This document shows positions 23,609 to 35,800 of a stretch of 64,000 nt of DNA, in pieces. How positions within the stretch are numbered: position 1 is the stretch's first letter; the number at the start of each line of letters is the position of its first letter. Origin of the DNA: Yuukianura sp. NJ FZ-2021. Taxonomy: Eukaryota. Under the pieces are notes generated by a model, which saw only the letters and a program-made list of their open reading frames with translations, was not told where the DNA came from and did not search any database. Made by a program: the position numbers and the translations under genes. The stretch covers positions 620,001 through 684,000 of the forward strand of contig JAJCTO010000011.1 of NCBI GenBank assembly GCA_046563655.1, in the 5' to 3' direction.

Positions 23609-26600
23609 AAAGTAACCCAGTTTCACCCGGCATCGCTCCGAAGAGGTTTCTGAAACAAATTTTCATAAAGAAAAGTAACGAGATGAGGGACGCCACGGCA
23701 AGTGAAAGTGGGTTCCTGTAGCACTTTTTATGAGGATTTCGAAAATGTAGTTGACTTTTACCCAGCATCGTTCCGGAATGCATTTCTTTTGAATTCTTTG
23801 TTTTGAAACTTGAATTTTCATAAAGAAAAGTAACGAGATGAGGGACGACACGGCAAGTGAAAGTGGGTTCCTGTAGCACTTTTTATGAGGATTTCGAAAA
23901 TGTAGTCGACTTTCTGTTCATTCTCACATTTGCATGTTCATTCTCACAAATTTAAGTCGTTTTCGGCAAAATGGTGCTCGGCATTGCTCTGGGTGCCGTT
24001 TACCAACCCAAGATAAACTCCAAGGCAGAGCGGTTCATCCAGACTTTTAAGTACACTCTAACCAGATTTAATGGCGATCTATCCACGCCAATCAAACTTG
24101 GGTTCCTGTAGTACTTTTCATGAGGATTTCAGAAAAGTAACCCATTTTCACCCGGCATCGCTCCGAGGAGGTTTGTGAAACAAATTTTCATAAAGAAAAG
24201 TAACGAGATGAGGGACGCCACGGCAAGTGAAAGTGGGTTCCTGTAGCACTTTTTATGAGGATTTCGAAAATGTAGTTGACTTTTACCCAGCATCGTTCCG
24301 GAATGCATTTCTTTTGAATTCTTTGTTTTGAAACTTGAATTTTCATAAAGAAAAGTAACGAGATGAGGGACGCCACGGCAAGTGAAAGTGGGTTCCTGTA
24401 GCACTTTTTATGAGGATTTCGAAAATGTAGTTGACTTTTACCCAGCACCGTTCCGGAATGCATTTCTTTTGAATTCTTTGTTTTGAGACTTGAATTTTCA
24501 TAAATAAAGGTAACAAGATGAGGCACGACACAGCAAGTGAAAGTGGGCTCCTGTAGCACTTTTTATGAGGGTTTCAAAAATGTAGTTGACTTTTACCTAG
24601 CATCGTTCCGGAATGCATTTCTTTTGAATTCTTTGTTTTGAAACTTGGATTTTCATAAAGAAAAGTAACGAGATGAGGGACGACACGGCAAGTGAAAGTG
24701 GGTTCCTGTAGCACTTTTTATGAGGATTTCGAAAATGTAGTCGACTTTCTGTTCATTCTCACATTTGCATGTTCATTCTCACAAATTTAAGTCGTTTTCG
24801 ACAAAATGGTGCTCGGCATTGCCCTGGGTGCCGTTTACCAACCCAGGATAAACTCCGAGGCAGAGCGGTTCATCCAGACTTTTAAGTACACTCTAACCAG
24901 ATTTAATGGCGATCTATCCACGCCAATCAAACTTGGGTTCCTGTAGTACTTTTCATGAGGATTTCAGAAAAGTAACCCATTTTCACCCGGCATCGCTCCG
25001 AGGAGGTTTCTGAAACAAATTTTCATAAAGAAAAGTAACGAGATGAGGGACGCCACGGCAAGTGAAAGTGGGTTCCTGTAGCACTTTTTATGAGGATTTC
25101 GAAAATGTAGTTGACTTTTACCCAGCATCGTTCCGGAATGCATTTCTTTTGAATTCTTTGTTTTGAAACTTGAATTTTCATAGATAAAGGTGACAAGATG
25201 AAAGACGACGCAGCCAGTGAAAGTGGGCTCCTGTAGCACTTTTTATGAGGATTTCAAAAATGTAATTTACTTTCTGTTCATTCTCACATTTGCATGTTCA
25301 TTCTCATAAATTTAAGTCGTTTTCGGCAAAATGGTGCTCGGCATTGCTCTGGGTGCCGTTTACCAACCCAAGATAAACTCCAAGGCAGAGCGGTTCATCC
25401 AGACTTTTAAGTACACTCTAACCAGATTTAATGGCGATCTATCCACGCCAATCAAACTTGGGTTCCTGTAGTACTTTTCATGAGGATTTCAGAAAAGTAA
25501 CCCATTTTCACCCGGCATCGCTCCGAGGAGGTTTCTGAAACAAATTTTCATAAAGAAAAGTAACGAGATGAGGGACGCCACGGCAAGTGAAAGTGGGTTG
25601 CTGTAGCACTTTTTATGAGGATTTCGAAAATGTAGTTGACTTTTACCCAGCATCGTTCCGGAATGCATTTCTTTTGAATTCTTTGTTTTGAAACTTGAAT
25701 TTTCATAAAGAAAAGTAACGAGATGAGGGACGCCACGGCAAGTGAAAGTGGGTTCCTGTAGCACTTTTTATGAGGATTTCGAAAATGTAGTTGACTTTTA
25801 CCCAGCATCGTTCCGGAATGCATTTCTTTTGAATTCTTTGTTTTGAAACTTGAATTTTCATAAATAAAGGTAACAAGATGAGGGACGACACGGCAAGTGA
25901 ATGTGGGGTTCTGTAGCACTTTTTATGAGGGTTTCAAAAATGTAGTTGACTTTTACCTAGCATCGTTCCGGAATGCATTTCTTTTGAATTCTTTGTTTTG
26001 AAACTTGAATTTTCATAAATAAAGGTAACAAGATGAGGCACGACACAGCAAGTGAAAGTGGGTTCCTGTAGCACTTTTTATGAGGATTTCAAAAATGTAG
26101 TTGACTTTTACCTAGCATCGTTCCGGAATGCATTTCTTTTGAATTCTTTGTTTTGAAACTTGAATTTTCATAAATAAAGGTAACAAGATGAGGCACGACA
26201 CAGCAAGTGAAAGTGGGTTCCTGTAGCACTTTTTATGAGGATTTCAAAAATGTAGTCGACTTTCTGTTCATTCTCACATTTGCATGTCCATTCTCACAAA
26301 TTTAAGTCGTTTTCGACAAAATGGTGCTCGGCATTGCCCTGGGTGCCGTTTACCAACCCAAGATAAACTCCGAGGCAGAGCGGTTCATCCAGACTTTTAA
26401 GTACACTCTAACCAGATTTAATGGCGATCTATCCACGCCAATCAAACTTGGGTTCCTGTAGTACTTTTCATGAGGATTTCAGAAAAGTAACCCATTTTCA
26501 CCCGGCATCGCTCCGAGGAGGTTTCTGAAACAAATTTTCATAAAGAAAAGTAACGAGATGAGGGACGCCACGGCAAGTGAAAGTGGGTTCCTGTAGCACT

Positions 26601-29600
26601 TTTTATGAGGATTTCGAAAATGTAGTTGACTTTTACCCAGCATCGTTCCGGAATGCATTTCTTTTGAATTCTTTGTTTTGAAACTTGAATTTTCATAAAG
26701 AAAAGCAACGAAATGAGGGACGCCACGGTAAGTGAAAGTGGGTTCCTGTAGCACTTTTTATGAGGATTTCGAAAATGTAGTTGACTTTTACCCAGCACCG
26801 TTCCGGAATGCATTTCTTTTGAATTCTTTGTTTTGAGACTTGAATTTTCATAAATAAAGGTAACAAGATGAGGCACGACACAGCAAGTGAAAGTGGGCTC
26901 CTGTAGCACTTTTTATGAGGGTTTCAAAAATGTAGTTGACTTTTACCTAGCATCGTTCCGGAATGCATTTCTTTTGAATTCTTTGTTTTGAAACTTGGAT
27001 TTTCATAAAGAAAAGTAACGAGATGAGGGACGACACGGCAAGTGAAAGTGGGTTCCTGTAGCACTTTTTATGAGGATTTCGAAAATGTAGTCGACTTTCT
27101 TTTCATTCTCACATTTGCATGTTCATTCTCACAAATTTAAGTCGTTTTCGGCAAAATGGTGCTCGGCATTGCTCTGGGTGCCGTTTACCAACCCAAGATA
27201 AACTCCAAGGCAGAGCGGTTCATCCAGACTTTTAAGTACACTCTAACCAGATTTAATGGCGATCTATCCACGCCAATCAAACTTGGGTTCCTGTAGTACT
27301 TTTCATGAGGATTTCAGAAAAGTAACCCATTTTCACCCGGCATCGCTCCGAGGAGGTTTCTGAAACAAATTTTCATAAAGAAAAGTAACGAGATGAGGGA
27401 CGCCACGGCAAGTGAAAGTGGGTTCCTGTAGCACTTTTTATGAGGATTTCGAAAATGTAGTTGACTTTTACCCAGCATCGTTCCGGAATGCATTTCTTTT
27501 GAATTCTTTGTTTTGAAACTTGAATTTTCATAAAGAAAAGCAACGAGATGAGGGACGCCACGGCAAGTGAAAGTGGGTTCCTGTAGCACTTTTTATGAGG
27601 ATTTCGAAAATGTAGTTGACTTTTACCCAGCACCGTTCCGGAATGCATTTCTTTTGAATTCTTTGTTTTGAGACTTGAATTTTCATAAATAAAGGTAACA
27701 AGATGAGGCACGACACAGCAAGTGAAAGTGGGTTCCTGTAGCACTTTTTATGAGGGTTTCAAAAATGTAGTTGACTTTTACCTAGCATCGTTCCGGAATG
27801 CATTTCTTTTGAATTCTTTGTTTTGAAACTTGAATTTTCATAAAGAAAAGTAACGAGATGAGGGACGCCACGGCAAGTGAAAGTGGGTTCCTGTAGCACT
27901 TTTTATGAGGATTTCGAAAATGTAGTTGACTTTTACCCAGCACCGTTCCGGAATGCATTTCTTTTGAATTCTTTGTTTTGAGACTTGAATTTTCATAAAT
28001 AAAGGTAACAAGATGAGGCACGACACAGCAAGTGAAAGTGGGTTCCTGTAGCACTTTTTATGAGGGTTTCAAAAATGTAGTTGACTTTTACCTAGCATCG
28101 TTCCGGAATGCATTTCTTTTGAATTCTTTGTTTTGAAACTTGGATTTTCATAAAGAAAAGTGACGAGATGAGGGACGACACGGCAAGTGAAAGTGGGTTC
28201 CTGTAGCACTTTTTATGAGGATTTCGAAAATGTAGTCGACTTTCTTTTCATTCTCACATTTGCATGTTCATTCTCACAAATTTAAGTCGTTTTCGGCAAA
28301 ATGGTGCTCGGCATTGCTCTGGGTGCCGTTTACCAACCCAAGATAAACTCCAAGGCAGAGCGGTTCATCCAGACTTTTAAGTACACTCTAACCAGATTTA
28401 ATGGCGATCTATCCACGCCAATCAAACTTGGGTTCCTGTAGTACTTTTCATGAGGATTTCAGAAAAGTAACCCATTTTCACCCGGCATCGCTCCGAGGAG
28501 GTTTCTGAAACAAATTTTCATAAAGAAAAGTAACGAGATGAGGGACGACACGGCAAGTGAAAGTGGGTTCCTGTAGCACTTTTTATGAGGATTTCGAAAA
28601 TGTAGTCGACTTTCTGTTCATTCTCACATTTGCATGTTCATTCTCACAAATTTAAGTCGTTTTCGGCAAAATGGTGCTCGGCATTGCTCTGGGTGCCGTT
28701 TACCAACCCAAGATAAACTCCAAGGCAGAGCGGTTCATCCAGACTTTTAAGTACACTCTAACCAGATTTAATGGCGATCTATCCACGCCAATCAAACTTG
28801 GGTTCCTGTAGTACTTTTCATGAGGATTTCAGAAAAGTAACCCATTTTCACCCGGCATCGCTCCGAGGAGGTTTCTGAAACAAATTTTCATAAAGAAAAG
28901 TAACGAGATGAGGGACGCCACGGCAAGTGAAAGTGGGTTCCTGTAGCACTTTTTATGAGGATTTCGAAAATGTAGTTGACTTTTACCCAGCATCGTTCCG
29001 GAATGCATTTCTTTTGAATTCTTTGTTTTGAAACTTGAATTTTCATAAAGAAAAGTAACGAGATGAGGGACGCCACGGCAAGTGAAAGCGGGTTCCTGTA
29101 GCACTTTTTATGAGGATTTCGAAAATGTAGTTGACTTTTACCCAGCATCGTTCCGGAATGCATTTCTTTTGAATTCTTTGTTTTGAAACTTGAATTTTCA
29201 TAAATAAAGGTGACAAGATGAAAGACGACGCAGCCAGTGAAAGTGGGTTCCTGTAGCACTTTTTATGAGGATTTCAAAAATGTAATTTACTTTCTGTTCA
29301 TTCTCACATTTGCATGTTCATTCTCATAAATTTAAGTCGTTTTCGGCAAAATGGTGCTCGGCATTGCTCTGGGTGCCGTTTACCAACCCAAGATAAACTC
29401 CAAGGCAGAGCGGTTCATCCAGACTTTTAAGTACACTCTAACCAGATGTAATGGCGATCTATCCACGCCAATCAAACTTGGGTTCCTGTAGTACTTTTCA
29501 TGAGGATTTCAGAAAAGTAACCCATTTTCACCCGGCATCGCTCCGAGGAGGTTTCTGAAACAAATTTTCATAAAGAAAAGTAACGAGATGAGGGACGCCA

Positions 29601-30810
29601 CGGCAAGTGAAAGTGGGTTCCTGTAGCACTTTTTATGAGGATTTCGAAAATGTAGTTGACTTTTACCCAGCATCGTTCCGGAATGCATTTCTTTTGAATT
29701 CTTTGTTTTGAAACTTGAATTTTCATAAATAAAGGTGACAAGATGAAAGACGACGCAGCCAGTGAAAGTGGGCTCCTGTAGCACTTTTTATGAGGATTTC
29801 AAAAATGTAATTTACTTTCTGTTCATTCTCACATTTGCATGTTCATTCTCATAAATTTAAGTCGTTTTCGGCAAAATGGTGCTCGGCATTGCTCTGGGTG
29901 CCGTTTACCAACCCAAGATAAACTCCAAGGCAGAGCGGTTCATCCAGACTTTTAAGTACACTCTAACCAGATTTAATGGCGATCTATCCACGCCAATCAA
30001 ACTTGGGTTCCTGTAGTACTTTTCATGAGGATTTCAGAAAAGTAACCCATTTTCACCCGGCATCGCTCCGAGGAGGTTTCTGAAACAAATTTTCATAAAG
30101 AAAAGTAACGAGATGAGGGACGCCACGGCAAGTGAAAGTGGGTTCCTGTAGCACTTTTTATGAGGATTTCGAAAATGTAGTTGACTTTTACCCAGCATCG
30201 TTCCGGAATGCATTTCTTTTGAATTCTTTGTTTTGAAACTTGAATTTTCATAAAGAAAAGTAACGAGATGAGGGACGCCACGGCAAGTGAAAGTGGATTC
30301 CTGTAGCACTTTTTATGAGGATTTCGAAAATGTAGTTGACTTTTACCCAGCATCGTTCCGGAATGCATTTCTTTTGAATTCTTTGTTTTGAAACTTGAAT
30401 TTTCATAAATAAAGGTAACAAGATGAGGGACGACACGGCAAGTGAATGTGGGGTTCTGTAGCACTTTTTATGAGGATTTCAAAAATGTAGTTGACTTTTA
30501 CCTAGCATCGTTCCGGAATGCATTTCTTTTGAATTCTTTGTTTTGAAACTTGAATTTTCATAAATAAAGGTAACAAGATGAGGCACGACACAGCAAGTGA
30601 AAGTGGGCTCCTGTAGCACTTTTTATGAGGATTTCAAAAATGTAGTCGACTTTCTGTTCATTCTCACATTTGCATGTTCATTCTCACAAATTTAAGTCGT
30701 TTTCGACAAAATGGTGCTCGGCATTGCCCTGGGTGCCGTTTACCAACCCAAGATAAACTCCGAGGCAGAGCGGTTCATCCAGACTTTTAAGTACACTCTA
30801 ACCAGATTTA

Positions 30811-32523
30811 ATGGCGATCTATCCACGCCAATCAAACTTGGGTTCCTGTAGTACTTTTCAGGAGGATTTCAGAAAAGTACCCGAATGTCTGCCAACAATT
30901 AAGAAAAAGTTTCAATTTAAAAACGTCACAACACGAGAGGTCGCTACATCATGGAACAATATGAAAAAAAAGAATTCAACTACAACCGACACTACTGGAC
31001 TATGCGCATACATGATTGAACTAACTTTACGGGCCCCTAACATACTCAACAGTGTGACAGACATAATCAACGAAAGTTTCAAATCGTCAGTGGTTCCAGA
31101 CTCTCTTAAGCAAGCGCAAATTATTCTAATTCCCAAATGCCGGAAGCCCTGTGGTCTAAAGGATTACAGACCCATATCAATTCTTCCTGTACTTTTTAAA
31201 ATCATTGAAAAGTGCGCAAAATCTCAACTGCTGAAACATTTGGAACATAATAATGTAATACACGAAAATCAATTCGGGTTTATCAAAGGAAGTTCAACAG
31301 TTCACGCCCAACTCGCAGTAACCGATGCCTTATACGATGGCTTTCATAAAAACAAAGTCTGCGCCGTCATAACACTAGATTTATCCAAAGCTTTCGACAC
31401 GGTCAACCAGAAGATTTTACTTGAAAAGCTGTCATGGTACGAAATCGAACACAAATGGTTTTCCTCTTATCTATCTTCACGGAAACAATTCGTCTCACTG
31501 GGCGGGGAAAAATCCTCAAACATAGAAATTAAACTTGGAACTCCACAAGGCGGAATACTTTCACCTCTACTTTTCACCATCATGGTCAATGATCTCCTAC
31601 TGCAATTCCAAAAATTTAGCAAAAATCTCCTCATCATGTTTGCTGACGACAACACTATGGTCGTTACAGGTGACCCAAGCACCCTTCAACAATTTAAACA
31701 AGAAGTAGAAGAAAGTGTGGAATTTGTCGTTAAGTGGATGAGTGAAAATCAGTTGATCATTAACCCAACAAAAAGTGCAATTCTATTATGCGCCAAACCC
31801 AGTATCCTAAAAAGTGTCGGCGAAATGAACTTTCTAATTTGCGGAGAAAATGTTCAGTCAAGTAAAGAAATTACCAGCTTAGGATTAATCATTGACAATT
31901 CAATGAAATGGGACGCTCACATTACATCAATTTCTAAGAAAACACGCAGTGTCATAGCTTCACTCTATCCTCTACAAAGATTTCTTAATATGAAAAACCG
32001 GAAAACTATGATGGAAGCTTACGTTTTCTCCAAAGTTACATATATGTGCGAGATCTGGGGAAAAGCAAACAAGCAAAACCTTAAAACTGTGGAAAAAGTT
32101 ATTCGTGCTGCAGGAAGATTTGTACTCAACGGGAAAAAATATGACCCAGTGAAAGCGAAGGTCACGACCGAATTGAACTGGCTCTTTCCCAAACATCTAA
32201 CTGATTTCCGTACAACATGGCTAGTTTCGACTATCATCTTAGGAAACTGCCCAAATTACTTTACAAATTACTTCAGCGAAGTCCAGTATACTCAATCAAG
32301 TACAACTACTAGAAGGAAGACTCATGTAGCAAATTTAAACCGGAGAATTCATCCTCAATCCTTCAAAGCAAGTGGTTTTCGCAAGTGGATGGAAACGGAA
32401 GAGGATGTACGACGACTTACCAATCCAACTGCAATAAAAATGAAGCTTCAGGACCATTTTTTGAAAGCTCAACAAAAGGAACTCGAACGCGGAAATGATA
32501 TTCATATTGAGGATGAGGATTGA
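30811..32523 (+). CDS. 570-aa ORF: 23 satellite-derived codons fused in frame to LINE reverse transcriptase
   Basis: The ATG and MAIYPRQSNLGSCSTFQEDFRKV come from satellite unit A/B (30811-30879). The rest is LINE ORF2 with all RT motifs. Confidence 0.85.
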   Translation: MAIYPRQSNLGSCSTFQEDFRKVPECLPTIKKKFQFKNVTTREVATSWNNMKKKNSTTTDTTGLCAYMIELTLRAPNILNSVTDIINESFKSSVVPDSLKQAQIILIPKCRKPCGLKDYRPISILPVLFKIIEKCAKSQLLKHLEHNNVIHENQFGFIKGSSTVHAQLAVTDALYDGFHKNKVCAVITLDLSKAFDTVNQKILLEKLSWYEIEHKWFSSYLSSRKQFVSLGGEKSSNIEIKLGTPQGGILSPLLFTIMVNDLLLQFQKFSKNLLIMFADDNTMVVTGDPSTLQQFKQEVEESVEFVVKWMSENQLIINPTKSAILLCAKPSILKSVGEMNFLICGENVQSSKEITSLGLIIDNSMKWDAHITSISKKTRSVIASLYPLQRFLNMKNRKTMMEAYVFSKVTYMCEIWGKANKQNLKTVEKVIRAAGRFVLNGKKYDPVKAKVTTELNWLFPKHLTDFRTTWLVSTIILGNCPNYFTNYFSEVQYTQSSTTTRRKTHVANLNRRIHPQSFKASGFRKWMETEEDVRRLTNPTAIKMKLQDHFLKAQQKELERGNDIHIEDED

Positions 32524-32827
32524 AAAAATTCAATACGTAAAACACCTATTTTAGTAATGTAAGCTTTAAAGCAAAATAATTATAAATAAGTCATTCCATC
32601 ACAAACATAATTTTATAATTTTACAACAATTTAAAAAAAAAACCAATTAGAAAAGCCATTTCTCAATAATCCTAGTAACTATTAAGACACACATCTTTCT
32701 TTAAATTACAACCGATACAGGTACACTAAATATTAGCAATATTAATTATAAGCCACTAAAACTATCACTAATTCTTATTCTGAAAAGCCTGCCATAAACA
32801 GGAGAATAAATGAAAATGAAAATGAAA
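30880..32827 (+). mobile_element. 5'-truncated CR1/L2-group LINE, copy 2
   Basis: Near-identical to 21663-23608 at offset 9217, with the same truncation point and flanks. Confidence 0.93.
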
Positions 32828-35800
32828 AAGTAACCCAGTTTCACCCGGCATCGCTCCGAAGAGGTTTCTGAAACAAATTTTCATAAAGAAAAGTAACGAG
32901 ATGAGGGACGCCACGGCAAGTGAAAGTGGGTTCCTGTAGCACTTTTTATGAGGATTTCGAAAATGTAGTTGACTTTTACCCAGCATCGTTCCGGAATGCA
33001 TTTCTTTTGAATTCTTTGTTTTGAAACTTGGATTTTCATAAAGAAAAGTAACGAGATGAGGGACGACACGGCAAGTGAAAGTGGGTTCCTGTAGCACTTT
33101 TTATGAGGATTTCGAAAATGTAGTCGACTTTCTGTTCATTCTCACATTTGCATGTTCATTCTCACAAATTTAAGTCGTTTTCGGCAAAATGGTGCTCGGC
33201 ATTGCTCTGGGTGCCGTTTACCAACCCAAGATAAACTCCAAGGCAGAGCGGTTCATCCAGACTTTTAAGTACACTCTAACCAGATTTAATGGCGATCTAT
33301 CCACGCCAATCAAACTTGGGTTCCTGTAGTACTTTTCATGAGGATTTCAGAAAAGTAACCCATTTTCACCCGGCATCGCTCCGAGGAGGTTTGTGAAACA
33401 AATTTTCATAAAGAAAAGTAACGAGATGAGGGACGCCACGGCAAGTGAAAGTGGGTTCCTGTAGCACTTTTTATGAGGATTTCGAAAATGTAGTTGACTT
33501 TTACCCAGCATCGTTCCGGAATGCATTTCTTTTGAATTCTTTGTTTTGAAACTTGAATTTTCATAAAGAAAAGTAACGAGATGAGGGACGCCACGGCAAG
33601 TGAAAGTGGGTTCCTGTAGCACTTTTTATGAGGATTTCGAAAATGTAGTTGACTTTTACCCAGCACCGTTCCGGAATGCATTTCTTTTGAATTCTTTGTT
33701 TTGAGACTTGAATTTTCATAAATAAAGGTAACAAGATGGGGCACGACACAGCAAGTGAAAGTGGGCTCCTGTAGCACTTTTTATGAGGGTTTCAAAAATG
33801 TAGTTGACTTTTACCTAGCATCGTTCCGGAATGCATTTCTTTTGAATTCTTTGTTTTGAAACTTGGATTTTCATAAAGAAAAGTAACGAGATGAGGGACG
33901 ACACGGCAAGTGAAAGTGGGTTCCTGTAGCACTTTTTATGAGGATTTCGAAAATGTAGTCGACTTTCTGTTCATTCTCACATTTGCATGTTCATTCTCAC
34001 AAATTTAAGTCGTTTTCGACAAAATGGTGCTCGGCATTGCCCTGGGTGCCGTTTACCAACCCAGGATAAACTCCGAGGCAGAGCGGTTCATCCAGACTTT
34101 TAAGTACACTCTAACCAGATTTAATGGCGATCTATCCACGCCAATCAAACTTGGGTTCCTGTAGTACTTTTCATGAGGATTTCAGAAAAGTAACCCATTT
34201 TCACCCGGCATCGCTCCGAGGAGGTTTCTGAAACAAATTTTCATAAAGAAAAGTAACGAGATGAGGGACGCCACGGCAAGTGAAAGTGGGTTCCTGTAGC
34301 ACTTTTATGAGGATTTCGAAAATGTAGTTGACTTTTACCCAGCATCGTTCCGGAATGCATTTCTTTTGAATTCTTTGTTTTGAAACTTGAATTTTCATAA
34401 AGAAAAGTAACGAGATGAGGGACGCCACGGCAAGTGAAAGTGGGTTCCTGTAGCACTTTTTATGAGGATTTCGAAAATGTAGTTGACTTTTACCCAGCAT
34501 CGTTCCGGAATGCATTTCTTTTGAATTCTTTGTTTTGAAACTTGAATTTTCATAAATAAAGGTAACAAGATGAGGGACGACACGGCAAGTGAATGTGGGG
34601 TTCTGTAGCACTTTTTATGAGGGTTTCAAAAATGTAGTTGACTTTTACCTAGCATCGTTCCGGAATGCATTTCTTTTGAATTCTTTGTTTTGAAACTTGA
34701 ATTTTCATAAATAAAGGTAACAAGATGAGGCACGACACAGCAAGTGAAAGTGGGTTCCTGTAGCACTTTTTATGAGGATTTCAAAAATGTAGTTGACTTT
34801 TACCTAGCATCGTTCCGGAATGCATTTCTTTTGAATTCTTTGTTTTGAAACTTGAATTTTCATAAATAAAGGTAACAAGATGAGGCACGACACAGCAAGT
34901 GAAAGTGGGTTCCTGTAGCACTTTTTATGAGGATTTCAAAAATGTAGTCGACTTTCTGTTCATTCTCACATTTGCATGTCCATTCTCACAAATTTAAGTC
35001 GTTTTCGACAAAATGGTGCTCGGCATTGCCCTGGGTGCCGTTTACCAACCCAAGATAAACTCCGAGGCAGAGCGGTTCATCCAGACTTTTAAGTACACTC
35101 TAACCAGATTTCATGGCGATCTATCCACGCCAATCAAACTTGGGTTCCTGTAGTACTTTTCAGGAGGATTTCAGAAAAGTAACCCAGTTTCACCCGGCAT
35201 CGCTCCGAGGAGGTTTCTGAAACAAATTTTCATAAAGAAAAGTAACGAGATGAGGGACGCCACGGCAAGTGAAAGTGGGTTCCTGTAGCACTTTTTATGA
35301 GGATTTCGAAAATGTAGTTGACTTTTACCCAGCATCGTTCCGGAATGCATTTCTTTTGAATTCTTTGTTTTGAAACTTGAATTTTCATAAAGAAAAGTAA
35401 CGAGATGAGGGACGCCACGGCAAGTGAAAGTGGGTTCCTGTAGCACTTTTTATGAGGATTTCGAAAATGTAGTTGACTTTTACCCAGCATCGTTCCGGAA
35501 TGCATTTCTTTTGAATTCTTTGTTTTGAAACTTGAATTTTCATAAATAAAGGTAACAAGATGAGGGACGACACGGCAAGTGAAATGTGGGGTTCTGTAGC
35601 ACTTTTTATGAGGGTTTCAAAAATGTAGTTGACTTTTACCTAGCATCGTTCCGGAATGCATTTCTTTTGAATTCTTTGTTTTGAAACTTGAATTTTCATA
35701 AATAAAGGTAACAAGATGAGGCACGACACAGCAAGTGAAAGTGGGTTCCTGTAGCACTTTTTATGAGGATTTCAAAAATGTAGTTGACTTTTACCTAGCA

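Noticed and set aside
21732..32237. Minus-strand ORFs inside the LINE copies
   Set aside because: Antisense shadows of the RT frame.
21793..32523. RT as retron, group II intron, DGR or telomerase-like enzyme linked to the repeats
   Set aside because: Motifs, 3' UTR, stem-loop, (TGAAAA)n tail, 5' truncation and TSD all fit an ordinary CR1/L2-group LINE.
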